Of a stretch of 32,000 nucleotides of DNA, positions 1 through 9,214 are shown one piece after another. Position 1 is the first letter of the stretch; every line of letters begins with the position of its first letter. The notes under the pieces were generated by a model. That model was not told the origin of the DNA, ran no database searches, and worked only from the letters and a program-made list of their open reading frames with translations. The stretch comes from Kineococcus radiotolerans SRS30216 = ATCC BAA-149 (GTDB taxonomy: Bacteria; Actinomycetota; Actinomycetes; Actinomycetales; Kineococcaceae), in assembly GCF_000017305.1 (NCBI RefSeq), contig NC_009664.2, positions 3,090,001-3,122,000 on the forward strand, in the 5' to 3' direction. The position numbers and the translations under genes are program-made.

Positions 1-9
1 ACGGGCGCG

Positions 10-1020
10 TCAACGCGGGACGGGCACGGAGCCGAGCACGGAGTCCAGGACCGCGTCCACGCTCACCCCGTCCAGCTCGGCCTCGGGACGCAGCTGCACG
101 CGGTGGCGCAGCGTCGGGCGCGCCAGCGCCTTCACGTCGTCGGGGGAGACGTAGTCGCGCCCCGACAGCCACGCCCAGGCGCGCGCCGTGGCCAGCAGGG
201 CGGTGGCGCCGCGGGGGGAGACCCCCAGCGCCAGCGACGGCGAGCTGCGGGTGGCGCGGCACACGTCGACGACGTAGCCGATGACCTCCCGCGAGCACTG
301 CACCCGCCGCACGGCCGCGGACGCGATCGCCAGCTGCTGCGGGGAGGCGACCGCGCGCACCCCCGCCGCGGCCAGGTCGCGCGGGTCGAACCCCGTCGCG
401 TGCCGGGCCAGCACCTCCACCTCGTCCTCGCGCGGGGGCAGCGGCAGGGTCAGCTTCAGCAGGAAGCGGTCCAGCTGGGCCTCGGGCAGGGGGTAGGTGC
501 CCTCGTACTCCACCGGGTTCTGGGTGGCGGCGACGATGAAGGGGTCCGGCAGCGGGCGGGGTTCGCCCTCCACCGAGACCTGCTTCTCCTCCATCGCCTC
601 CAGCAGCGACGCCTGCGTCTTGGGCGGGGTCCGGTTGATCTCGTCGGCGAGCAGGATGTTCGTGAACACCGGGCCCTCGCGGAAGGAGAACCGCGAGGTC
701 TGCGCGTCGTAGACCAGCGAGCCCGTCACGTCGCCGGGCATGAGGTCGGGGGTGAACTGCACCCGCTTGGTGTCCAGCGCCAGCGCCGCCGAGAGGCTGC
801 GCACCAGCAGCGTCTTGGCCACCCCCGGCACGCCCTCCAGCAGCACGTGGCCGCGGCACAGGACGGCGATGACCAGGCCGGTGACGGCGGCGTCCTGCCC
901 GACGACGGCCTTGGCGACCTCCTGGCGGACCGCCCGCAGCGCCTGCCGGGCGTCCTCCACCTCGGGCCCCTCGGCCGCGCTCGGGGGCGGGGCGGTCTCG
1001 GGGGTCACGGGCTCGCTCAC
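10..1020 (-). CDS. MoxR-family AAA+ ATPase
   Basis: Frame of track ORF 10..1389, trimmed to GTG at 1020-1018, which forms a GTGA overlap with the upstream stop at 1017-1019. Walker A GVPGVAKT, Walker B LLADEINR, and ATQNPVEYEGTYPLPEAQLDRF are typical of MoxR. The extra N-terminal ~120 aa of the listed ORF is Arg/Pro/Gly-rich and overlaps the upstream gene. Confidence 0.9.
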   Translation of the reverse strand: MSEPVTPETAPPPSAAEGPEVEDARQALRAVRQEVAKAVVGQDAAVTGLVIAVLCRGHVLLEGVPGVAKTLLVRSLSAALALDTKRVQFTPDLMPGDVTGSLVYDAQTSRFSFREGPVFTNILLADEINRTPPKTQASLLEAMEEKQVSVEGEPRPLPDPFIVAATQNPVEYEGTYPLPEAQLDRFLLKLTLPLPPREDEVEVLARHATGFDPRDLAAAGVRAVASPQQLAIASAAVRRVQCSREVIGYVVDVCRATRSSPSLALGVSPRGATALLATARAWAWLSGRDYVSPDDVKALARPTLRHRVQLRPEAELDGVSVDAVLDSVLGSVPVPR

Positions 1021-2195
1021 TGTCCAGCGTCCAATCGTCGGCTCGGGGTGCCACGCACGTCGTCCTCCAGGGTGTCCAGTTCCAGGGCCAGCCGGACCAG
1101 CGCGGGGTCGTCGCGCGGGGAGGTCCCGGCCAGCAGTTCCCGCACGGCGGGGGCGGGGCGCCCGGTCAGCCACGCCACCTGGTCGGCGACGTCCTGCACC
1201 GGGGCCCGCGGGTCCAGGCCCACCCAGCCCCGCAACCGCCGCAGCGTCGCCCGGCGCAGCTCGTCGGCGGCGCGGCCGGAGGCCCCGGCGCTGGCGTACA
1301 GCCGGCCGTGGCCCTCGACGGTCTCGGCCGCGCGCACCACCACCGGCAGCGGCTCCTCCACCAGCCGCCCCAGCCGCCGCCCCCGCCACAGCACCGCCAC
1401 CACCGCGGACAGCAGGACCAGCGCGACGGCGGGGAGGAACCAGCGGGGGACGAGGTCCAGCAGCGGCACGGTGGGGGAGTCGGTGTCCAGCGGGTCGGGC
1501 AGGTACCAGACCAGCTCCGGCTGCGCGCCGAGGGTGCGCAGCGCCAGCGTCCCGTTGCCCTCCCGGTCCGCCCAGCGGTTGGTCAGCAGCGCCGGCTGCC
1601 CCAGGACGGTGAGCGGGCCCGCGCCGGAGCGCTCCACCCGCGCGTAGGAGCCGCCGTAGCAGGTGCGCGCGTCGCCGGTGCCCGCGTAGGTCGGCCCGCC
1701 CGCGCGCGCCGTGCCCGCCGCGGCGGGGTCGGCGACCTCGCAGCCGGGGGCGCGGTCGCCGGCGGCGGCCGACCCCGCCCGGCGCACGTCGGGGGTCAGC
1801 GCCGCCAGCGCCGCGTCGCCGGGGCGCAGCAGCACCAGGTCCGCGCCGGAGGCGGACAGCGTCCGCAGGCGCGCCGCGGAGAGCAGGTCCGGCTGCGTGA
1901 CCAGGACCGTCGCACCCCGGGCGCGGGCCCCCTCCAGCGCGCGGGTCGCCCCCGCGAAGGAGCGGGCCTCGGTGACCTCGACGCCCTGCTCCGCCAGCAC
2001 CCGGGCCACCGCCCGGGCCCCGTCGGGCGCGACCGAGTCCGGGGCCAGGGCCTCCTCGCTGGTGCGGGGGCCGAGCAGGGCCAGCAGCAGCAGGACCGCC
2101 ACGACGCCCACCCCGAGCGCCACCAGCCCCCGCCAGCGGCGCCAGCCCGCCGCCGCGCCCGCGTCGGCGGCGGGGACGTCGAGGACCGTGCTCAC
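1017..2195 (-). CDS. DUF4350-like protein with N-terminal membrane anchor (MoxR-operon partner)
   Basis: 392-aa ORF with a GTG start at 2195-2193 overlapping the upstream stop (GTGA). One N-terminal TM span (LVALGVGVVAVLLLLALLG) is followed by PDSVAPDGARAVARVLAEQGVEVTEARSF...ATVLVTQPDLLSAARLRTL, which matches my memory of DUF4350. A second TM span lies near WFLPAVALVLLSAVVAVLW. Needs HMM confirmation. Confidence 0.65.
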   Translation of the reverse strand: MSTVLDVPAADAGAAAGWRRWRGLVALGVGVVAVLLLLALLGPRTSEEALAPDSVAPDGARAVARVLAEQGVEVTEARSFAGATRALEGARARGATVLVTQPDLLSAARLRTLSASGADLVLLRPGDAALAALTPDVRRAGSAAAGDRAPGCEVADPAAAGTARAGGPTYAGTGDARTCYGGSYARVERSGAGPLTVLGQPALLTNRWADREGNGTLALRTLGAQPELVWYLPDPLDTDSPTVPLLDLVPRWFLPAVALVLLSAVVAVLWRGRRLGRLVEEPLPVVVRAAETVEGHGRLYASAGASGRAADELRRATLRRLRGWVGLDPRAPVQDVADQVAWLTGRPAPAVRELLAGTSPRDDPALVRLALELDTLEDDVRGTPSRRLDAGQ

Positions 2196-2821
2196 GCGCT
2201 CACCGCGGGACGGGTCGCGGCCACCGCGCGGACGACCTCGCGCAGGTCGCCGTCGGTGCCCGCCCCGGCGCTCCGCCCGCCGTAGCGGACGTCGTCGAAG
2301 GTGCGCGCGGCCCGGGTCAGGCCCTCGGCGCAGCCGGGCAGCGACGTCGCCGCCCGCGCGGCGAGCTCACCGGCGGTGCTCCCGGGCCGGGGGTCGACGA
2401 GGGTGCGCTCCTCCAGGGAGCGGACCAGCCCGCGGAAGCGCTCGGCCACGGCGAGGTCCCAGTCCCCGGCCGCCGCCGCGGCGTCGGCGCGGGCGAAGTG
2501 CGCGCGCGCGGGTTCGGGGGCGGCGTCGAAGACCGCACCGGGCTCGCGCTGGCGGGCGCTGCGCCGCACGGGCCCGCCGACCAGCAGGACCACCGCGACG
2601 ACGGCGGCGAGCAGCAGCACGACCACGACGACGCCCGTCCAGCTCGTCCCCAGCCCCGGCACCCGGACCTGGGAGAGCCAGTCCTGCAACCACTCCCAGG
2701 CCCGCGCCAGCCACGACCCCTGGGCCTCGCGGTACTCCGGACCGGCCAGTTCCCGGGCCAGCCACTCCCGCCCGCGCGCCCGGTCGGGGGCCACGGGGAC
2801 CCCCGCCAGCAGCCGGCTCAC
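2192..2821 (-). CDS. DUF4129-like membrane protein (MoxR-operon partner)
   Basis: Frame of track ORF 2192..3406, trimmed to GTG 2821-2819 (GTGA overlap with the upstream stop 2818-2820). TM span VVVVVLLLAAVVAVVLLV, then AVAERFRGLVRSLEERTLVDPRPGSTAGELAARAA...AARTFDDVRYGGRSA, the pattern I associate with DUF4129. Confidence 0.65.
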   Translation of the reverse strand: MSRLLAGVPVAPDRARGREWLARELAGPEYREAQGSWLARAWEWLQDWLSQVRVPGLGTSWTGVVVVVLLLAAVVAVVLLVGGPVRRSARQREPGAVFDAAPEPARAHFARADAAAAAGDWDLAVAERFRGLVRSLEERTLVDPRPGSTAGELAARAATSLPGCAEGLTRAARTFDDVRYGGRSAGAGTDGDLREVVRAVAATRPAVSA

Positions 2822-3945
2822 CGCTCCGACGCCCGGTGCAGCTCCACGTCGAGACCCTCGCGGCGCATCCGCAGGTCCACGTAGAGCAGGGCCGTGACCG
2901 AGGCCAGGAACGGGTACGCCACGACGCTGCCGATGATCGAGCCCAGCGTCGAGGTGGTCTGCGACACCGCGAACCAGACCGAGTCCGGGTCGCCGCCGTC
3001 GACCCCGCCCAGCACCGTCCCCACGGCGCCGAAGGGCACCGCCACGGCCGTCACGACGACGTAGGTGACGATCGTGGTCAGCAGCAGGATCCCGAAGGTG
3101 CGCCAGAAGGAGCGCCGGACCAGGGCGGCGGACCGGCGCAGCGCCGCCCTCACGCCGAGCCCCTCCAGCAGCATCGCCGGGGTCGCCATCGACCACCGCA
3201 CCCAGAGGAACACCCCGCCCGCCAGCCAGGCGAGCAGGCCGAGCAGCAGCGCGACCACCCCGGCGCCGGTGACCAGGTCCGAACCGGAGAACACCACCAG
3301 CAGCACGCCGGGGGCCAGCGCGAGCGCCCCCACCAGGGCGGTGCCCAGGGTGATGACCAGCGACAGCCCGATCAGCGGCAGCAGCCGGCCCCGGCAGGTG
3401 CGCCACAGCTCCCCGAAGCCGATGGTGCGCCCGAGCACCGCGCGGCTGACGCTGACGATGAGCATCCCGTTGAGGACGAGGACGGCCACGGCCTGCAGCA
3501 CGGAGGTGAGGACCAGCAGCGGCACCGTGCGCTGCAGCGAGGAGAAGAGGTCCTCCACCCCGCCGCCGGCGGCCTCCAGCCGGTTGAGGGCCCCGACGAG
3601 GTCGCGGGTCGTGGCGTAGGTCGCCACCAGGGTCACGAAGGAGGTGAGGACCACGACCACCGCCGACAGCCCCACCATCACCCGCGGGTTCTGCCGGAAC
3701 GCGCGGAACGCGCCGTCCCAGATCTCACCCAGGCCCAGCGGCCGCAGCGGCACGATGCCCGGGCGGGGGGCGGCGGGCCGCGGCGGGCCCGGCTGCGGGG
3801 CGCCCGGGGGCACCGGCGCGGGGGCTCCCCACCCGGAGGGAGCGGGCGGACCGGCCGCGGGGTCGGGCGGGCCGGGGACCGCGGGGGGTCCCGGGACGGG
3901 GTCCGGGGCACCCTCGTCCGGACGTCGCCACTGGTCCATCCCCAT
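2818..3945 (-). CDS. Polytopic membrane protein with proline-rich N-terminus (first gene of the MoxR module)
   Basis: Frame of track ORF 2818..4251, trimmed to ATG 3945 (alternative ATG 3939). In-frame codons 3996-3946 lose the third-position GC bias. N-terminus PGPPAVPGPPDPAAGPPAPSGWGAPAPVPPGAPQPGPPRP, then several hydrophobic spans and a C-terminal LLYVDLRMRREGLDVEL motif. Confidence 0.6.
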   Translation of the reverse strand: MGMDQWRRPDEGAPDPVPGPPAVPGPPDPAAGPPAPSGWGAPAPVPPGAPQPGPPRPAAPRPGIVPLRPLGLGEIWDGAFRAFRQNPRVMVGLSAVVVVLTSFVTLVATYATTRDLVGALNRLEAAGGGVEDLFSSLQRTVPLLVLTSVLQAVAVLVLNGMLIVSVSRAVLGRTIGFGELWRTCRGRLLPLIGLSLVITLGTALVGALALAPGVLLVVFSGSDLVTGAGVVALLLGLLAWLAGGVFLWVRWSMATPAMLLEGLGVRAALRRSAALVRRSFWRTFGILLLTTIVTYVVVTAVAVPFGAVGTVLGGVDGGDPDSVWFAVSQTTSTLGSIIGSVVAYPFLASVTALLYVDLRMRREGLDVELHRASER

Positions 3946-4066
3946 CGCCCGAACGCCCCCGCACCGCCAAGATCCACCCGATCGCCGGTGACCCATCGTG
4001 CCAGAGGAGGCTCCCCCCGGCGTGGTGGTCACCCGGTGACGCGGCCGCAGCGGGCAGGATGGGGCC

Positions 4067-4744
<678 letters not shown>

Positions 4745-4754
4745 GCGGGCACCC

Positions 4755-6374
4755 GTGAGGTGGGTCCTGCGGGCGCTGGCCCGCTGGCGGGCCTCGCTGC
4801 AGCTGCGCGTGGTCGTGCTGACGACCCTGCTGGGTCTCGCCGTCGTCGTCGGGGTCGGCTCGTTCCTCCTCGACGGCATCGCCGACGGCCTCGTCACCGA
4901 GCGGCAGGAGGTCGCCCTGGCCGACGCCGCGCGCGGCGCGCAGACCGCCCAGCGGCAGTTCGACGCGGCCACCACGACGGACTCCGCCGAGGTCGAGCAG
5001 CTCGCCGGCGACGTCGTCTCCTCCCTGGAGGGGGCCGGTCCCGACCGCGTGCGCGGGGTGGTCCTGCTGCGCGCCAGCGACTCCTCCGACACCAGCGGCA
5101 ACGGGCAGGTCGTCGTGCGCGACATCGCCTCGGAGGGGCTGGAGGCCGACGACGTCCCGCCGGCGCTGCGGGAGGCCGTGGTCTCCTCCGACGTCCAGCA
5201 GCTGCAGATCGTGGACCTCTCCGAAGGCCGGGGCGCGCCCTCGCTGGTGGTCGGCTCCACCGTGACCCTGCCCCGGGCGGGGCGCTGCGAGCTGTACTTC
5301 GTCTACTCCCTGGCCAGCGAGGAGGCCACGGTCTCGCTGGTGCGCACGACGTTCGTGGGCGGCGGGATCGCCCTGGTGCTCCTCGTGGGGGCCGTGGCCT
5401 GGGTCGTGGCCCGGATGGTCGTCGAACCGGTCCGCGAGGCCGCCGGCACCGCCGAGCGCCTCACCGGCGGCCACCTCGACGAGCGCATGCGGGTGCGCGG
5501 CAGCGACGACCTGGCCCGGCTCGCGCGCGCCTTCAACGAGATGGCCGCGGGCATGCAGCAGCACATCGAGCAGCTGGAGGAGCTCTCCCGGGTGCAGCGC
5601 CGCTTCGTCTCCGACGTCAGCCACGAGCTGCGCACCCCGCTGACGACGATCCGGATGGCCGGTGAGGTCCTGCACGACGCGCGCGGCGGGTTCGACCCCG
5701 CGGTGGCGCGCTCGGCGGAGCTCATGCTGACCCAGCTGGAGCGGTTCGACTCGCTGCTGTCGGACCTGCTGGAGATCAGCCGCTTCGACGCCGGTGCGGC
5801 GGCCCTGGAACCGGACCCGCAGGACGTGCGCGTCCTGGTGCACCGGGTCGTGGAGTTCACCTCGACCCTCGCCGAGCGCCGCGGCAGCCGGGTCCTGCTG
5901 TCCGAGCCGGCCTCGCCGTGCACCGCGGAGGTCGACTCCCGGCGCATCGAGCGGGTCCTGCGCAACCTCGTCGGCAACGCCATCGAGCACGGGGAGGCCC
6001 GGCCCATCGAGATCACCGTCGTCTGCGACGAGCACGCCGTGGCCGTGGGGGTGCGCGACCACGGCGTCGGGCTGGAGCCGGCGCAGCTGCCGCGGGTCTT
6101 CGACCGGTTCTGGCGCGCCGACCCGGCCCGGGCGCGCACCACGGGGGGCAGCGGGCTCGGGCTCGCGATCGCCCTGGAGGACACCCGGCTGCACGGGGGC
6201 TGGCTGGAGGCGTGGGGGCGGCCCGGGCAGGGCTGCCACTTCGTCCTGACCGTGCCGCGCACGGCGGGGCGGGCCCTGCGGTCCTCGCCGCTGCCGGTGG
6301 TCCCGCTGGGCTGGCGCGAACCGGTCGCGGCGCTGCCGGCCGGGCGCGGCGCCCCCGCCCCGGGGTCCCCGTGA
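4755..6374 (+). CDS. mtrB: Sensor histidine kinase MtrB
   Basis: 539 aa, GTG start 10 nt after the mtrA stop. Two TM spans, a HAMP-like linker, H-box SHELRTPLTT, N-box LVGNAIEHG, G1 DHGVGL and G2 GGSGLGLAIA. Confidence 0.9.
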   Translation: MRWVLRALARWRASLQLRVVVLTTLLGLAVVVGVGSFLLDGIADGLVTERQEVALADAARGAQTAQRQFDAATTTDSAEVEQLAGDVVSSLEGAGPDRVRGVVLLRASDSSDTSGNGQVVVRDIASEGLEADDVPPALREAVVSSDVQQLQIVDLSEGRGAPSLVVGSTVTLPRAGRCELYFVYSLASEEATVSLVRTTFVGGGIALVLLVGAVAWVVARMVVEPVREAAGTAERLTGGHLDERMRVRGSDDLARLARAFNEMAAGMQQHIEQLEELSRVQRRFVSDVSHELRTPLTTIRMAGEVLHDARGGFDPAVARSAELMLTQLERFDSLLSDLLEISRFDAGAAALEPDPQDVRVLVHRVVEFTSTLAERRGSRVLLSEPASPCTAEVDSRRIERVLRNLVGNAIEHGEARPIEITVVCDEHAVAVGVRDHGVGLEPAQLPRVFDRFWRADPARARTTGGSGLGLAIALEDTRLHGGWLEAWGRPGQGCHFVLTVPRTAGRALRSSPLPVVPLGWREPVAALPAGRGAPAPGSP

Positions 6375-8137
6375 GCGCGCGCCGGGCGAGCGGGCGCCGG
6401 GGGCGGGCGTGGCCCGCGCTGGCCCGGGTGCTGGCGCCCGCGCTGGTCCCGGTCGCGCTGCTGGCCGGCTGCGGCGGCGTCCCGCGCTCCAGCGACGTCG
6501 TCAGCGGCTCCCCCGTCGAGGAGGACCCCCGGGCCGGTCTGCTGCAGGTCCTCCCCGACGGCCCGGAGGACGACGCGGGCGCGGTCGACGTCGTGCGCGG
6601 CTTCCTGCTGGCGGCGGCCTCGGCCGAGGACGACCACGCGGTGGCCCGGGAGTTCCTGGGGCCCGCGGCGGCGCAGTCCTGGCGCCCGGACGCGGGCACG
6701 ACCATCGTCGCGGCCGACCCCGGCCTGGCCCTGCTCCAGCAGGACGGGGACTCCGCCGTGGTGGCGGTCACCGCGGCCGTGCAGGCGCGGGTGGACGCCG
6801 CGGGCCGCTACGCCGAGGAGCCCCCCGGCACGACGCTCACCTCCTCGCTGCACCTGTCCCGCGTCGGAGGCCGGTGGCGGGTGACCGACCCCGCCGACGG
6901 GGTCGTGCTCACCGCGCTCGACGCCTCGCGCACGCTGCGCCCCTTCCCCGTCTACTTCGCCACCGCCGGACCCTCGCCGCGCCTGGTCGGCGACGTGCGC
7001 TGGTTCGGCTACGACTCCTCCACCGCCACCCGCGTCGTGGCCGCGCTGCTGCAGGGGCCCTCGCCGTGGCTGGCGCCGGGGGTGTCCACGGGGGCGCCGG
7101 CGGGCACCGGGCTGCGCGTCGGCACCGTCCCCGTGGAGGCGGGGACGGGCACGGCGACGGTCGACCTCTCCGACGCCGTCCTGGGCGCCGACCCCGCCGA
7201 GCGGGGCCTGCTGCTCTCCCAGCTGCGCGCCAGCCTCTCGGGCCTGCCCGGCGTCGACGACGTGCAGGTCACCGTGGACGGGGCCGAGCTGACCCGCGCC
7301 CCGGGCGCGGCGGGGGCGGACGTGCCCCGCTCCGCGGTCGTGGCCGACCCGCGCCTGGTCGCCCTGGGCCCCGAGGGGCTCTCGCGCCACGACGGGGACC
7401 GGTTGCGGCCGGTGGCGGGCACCGGGCCGGGTCTCGACCTCGCCGGGGCGGCCGCGCACCCCGCGGCCGCGGCGGACGCGAGCGCGTTCGCGGTCCTCAC
7501 CGACGGGGGCCGCACGCTGCGGGTGCAGCGCCCCGGCGGGGAGCTGGAGGTCGCCGTGGGCGGGCAGGGCGTCCTGGCGCCGCCCTCGATCGACCGCTTC
7601 GGGTGGCTGTGGACGGCCCCCGCCACCGCGGGCGCCGCACCCCTGGTGGTGCCCACCGCGGCCCCGGAGACACCGGCCGCGCAGGTGGTCCCGCCGGCGG
7701 AGGGGCTGGGCTCGGTCCAGCGCGTGCGGGTCTCGCGCGACGGCGCGCGCCTGCTCGTGGTGGGCCGCGACGCCGCCGGGGTCGCCCACGTGCGGGTCCA
7801 CGGCATCGTCCGCGACGCCGGCGGCAAGCCGCTGCGCCTGGGGGTGGGGACCGCCGACCTGGTGCCGGGGGCCGGTGAGGTCCTCGACGCGGCGTGGCTG
7901 GTCGAGGACGAGCTGGTCGTCCTCGTCCGCCCCCCCGGGGCGGACCCGGTGCCGGTGCTGGCCGAGGTGTCGGGGCCGAGCACCCCGCTGCCTGCGGTCC
8001 CCGGCGCGGTGGCGGTCGCGGGCGGCTGGACCGACCGCGACGTGGTCGTCGGCACCGCCGACGGGCGCCTGCTCAGCCGCAGCGGCGCGGACTGGATCGC
8101 CGTCGCCACCGGCCGCGACCCCGCCTACCCCGGCTGA
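6371..8137 (+). CDS. lpqB: Lipoprotein LpqB
   Basis: GTG 6371 overlaps the mtrB stop (GTGA). Signal peptide with lipobox LLAGC (VALLAGCGG). Its position directly after mtrAB matches the conserved mtrA-mtrB-lpqB operon. The 5' part of track ORF 5918..8137 lies inside mtrB and was trimmed. Confidence 0.88.
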   Translation: MSARRASGRRGRAWPALARVLAPALVPVALLAGCGGVPRSSDVVSGSPVEEDPRAGLLQVLPDGPEDDAGAVDVVRGFLLAAASAEDDHAVAREFLGPAAAQSWRPDAGTTIVAADPGLALLQQDGDSAVVAVTAAVQARVDAAGRYAEEPPGTTLTSSLHLSRVGGRWRVTDPADGVVLTALDASRTLRPFPVYFATAGPSPRLVGDVRWFGYDSSTATRVVAALLQGPSPWLAPGVSTGAPAGTGLRVGTVPVEAGTGTATVDLSDAVLGADPAERGLLLSQLRASLSGLPGVDDVQVTVDGAELTRAPGAAGADVPRSAVVADPRLVALGPEGLSRHDGDRLRPVAGTGPGLDLAGAAAHPAAAADASAFAVLTDGGRTLRVQRPGGELEVAVGGQGVLAPPSIDRFGWLWTAPATAGAAPLVVPTAAPETPAAQVVPPAEGLGSVQRVRVSRDGARLLVVGRDAAGVAHVRVHGIVRDAGGKPLRLGVGTADLVPGAGEVLDAAWLVEDELVVLVRPPGADPVPVLAEVSGPSTPLPAVPGAVAVAGGWTDRDVVVGTADGRLLSRSGADWIAVATGRDPAYPG

Positions 8138-8175
8138 GGCGCCCCGGGCCCCCGGGACCAGCGGGGACCGCCGGG

Positions 8176-8913
8176 GTGACGTCCGCGCGTGCACGGGACG
8201 CCGCGCGGGGCAGGCCGGTGGACGGCGGGGGGACGGCGGGGGACGGCGCCGGGCGGGACCGGCAGGCTGCCCCGGTGACCCCCGGACCCCTGCTCGCCGC
8301 CGCCGACCTCGTCTGGCCGGCCGACTGCGCCGGCTGCGCCCGCCCCGGCACCGCCTGCTGCGTCCCGTGCGGGCGGGCCCTGCGCGCCGGCGCCCGCTCG
8401 GCCCTGCCCGACGGCACCCCGGTGCGGGCCTGCGCCGCGCACGACGGGCCCGCCCGGCAGCTGCTGCTGGCGGTCAAGGAGCGCGGCCGGGCCGAGCTGC
8501 GCGGGCGGCTGGCCGGGGCGCTGGTCCCGGCGCTGCACGACCTCCTCCCGCACGGGCCCGTGGACCTCGTCCCCGTCCCGGCCCGCCGGGCCAGCCGCCG
8601 CGCCCGCGGCGGGGACCTGGTGGCCGACCTCGCCGCCCGCACCGCCGCCCTCGCCCGCCGCCGGGGGCGCGACGTGGCGGTGGTCCGGTCGCTGCGGGTG
8701 GTGCGCCGGGTCGTGGACCAGACCGACCTGGACGCCGCGGGCCGGCAGGCCAACCTCGCCGGGGCCTTCGCGGTGCGCGGGCCCGCCCCGGGGCGGCCGG
8801 TCGTCGTCCTCGACGACGTCGTGACGACGACCGCCACGGCCGCGGAGGCCGTGCGGGCCCTGCGCGCGGGCGGGGCCCCGGTGCTGGGGGTGCTCGCGGT
8901 GACGCTCGCGTGA
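8176..8913 (+). CDS. comF: ComF-family phosphoribosyltransferase-like protein
   Basis: Cys-rich N-terminus CAGCARPGTACCVPCG and PRTase motif VVVLDDVVTTTATAAEA. The position between lpqB and hpf is the conserved one. The start is ambiguous: GTG 8176 or GTG 8275, both in frame. Confidence 0.72.
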   Translation: MTSARARDAARGRPVDGGGTAGDGAGRDRQAAPVTPGPLLAAADLVWPADCAGCARPGTACCVPCGRALRAGARSALPDGTPVRACAAHDGPARQLLLAVKERGRAELRGRLAGALVPALHDLLPHGPVDLVPVPARRASRRARGGDLVADLAARTAALARRRGRDVAVVRSLRVVRRVVDQTDLDAAGRQANLAGAFAVRGPAPGRPVVVLDDVVTTTATAAEAVRALRAGGAPVLGVLAVTLA

Positions 8914-9000
8914 GCACGCCCGGGGCGCAGCGGTCCGCCGGGTCCACCGCTCCGCCGCGCCCGGACGCCGTGCACCTGGGCACCGGGGCGGAACGGGGTC

Positions 9001-9013
9001 TAGCGTGTGTGCA
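9001..9013 (+). promoter_or_regulatory. Candidate -10 hexamer TAGCGT with predicted start site at 9013 (hpf leader / leaderless uORF)
   Basis: TAGCGT at 9001-9006 fits the actinobacterial TAnnnT consensus. Exactly 6 nt separate it from ATG 9013. It lies inside the 300-nt comF-hpf gap. Confidence 0.3.
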
Positions 9014-9214
9014 TGGCAGCCCTCACCGGCGTCAGGTCGGGTGGATCCCCGGCGGTGCCCGAGGTCGGGCCCGCTCCCCGGGGTGCTCGAACCTGCCGGT
9101 GCCTGCCTGCTCACCGCGCGCTCCCCGCGGGGGTGGTGCGCGGCACGAGGTGACGGTCCGAGGCGGGCCGGCCCCACGTGCCGGTGCCGCCAGTTCGAAC
9201 GAGGGAGGCATCCC

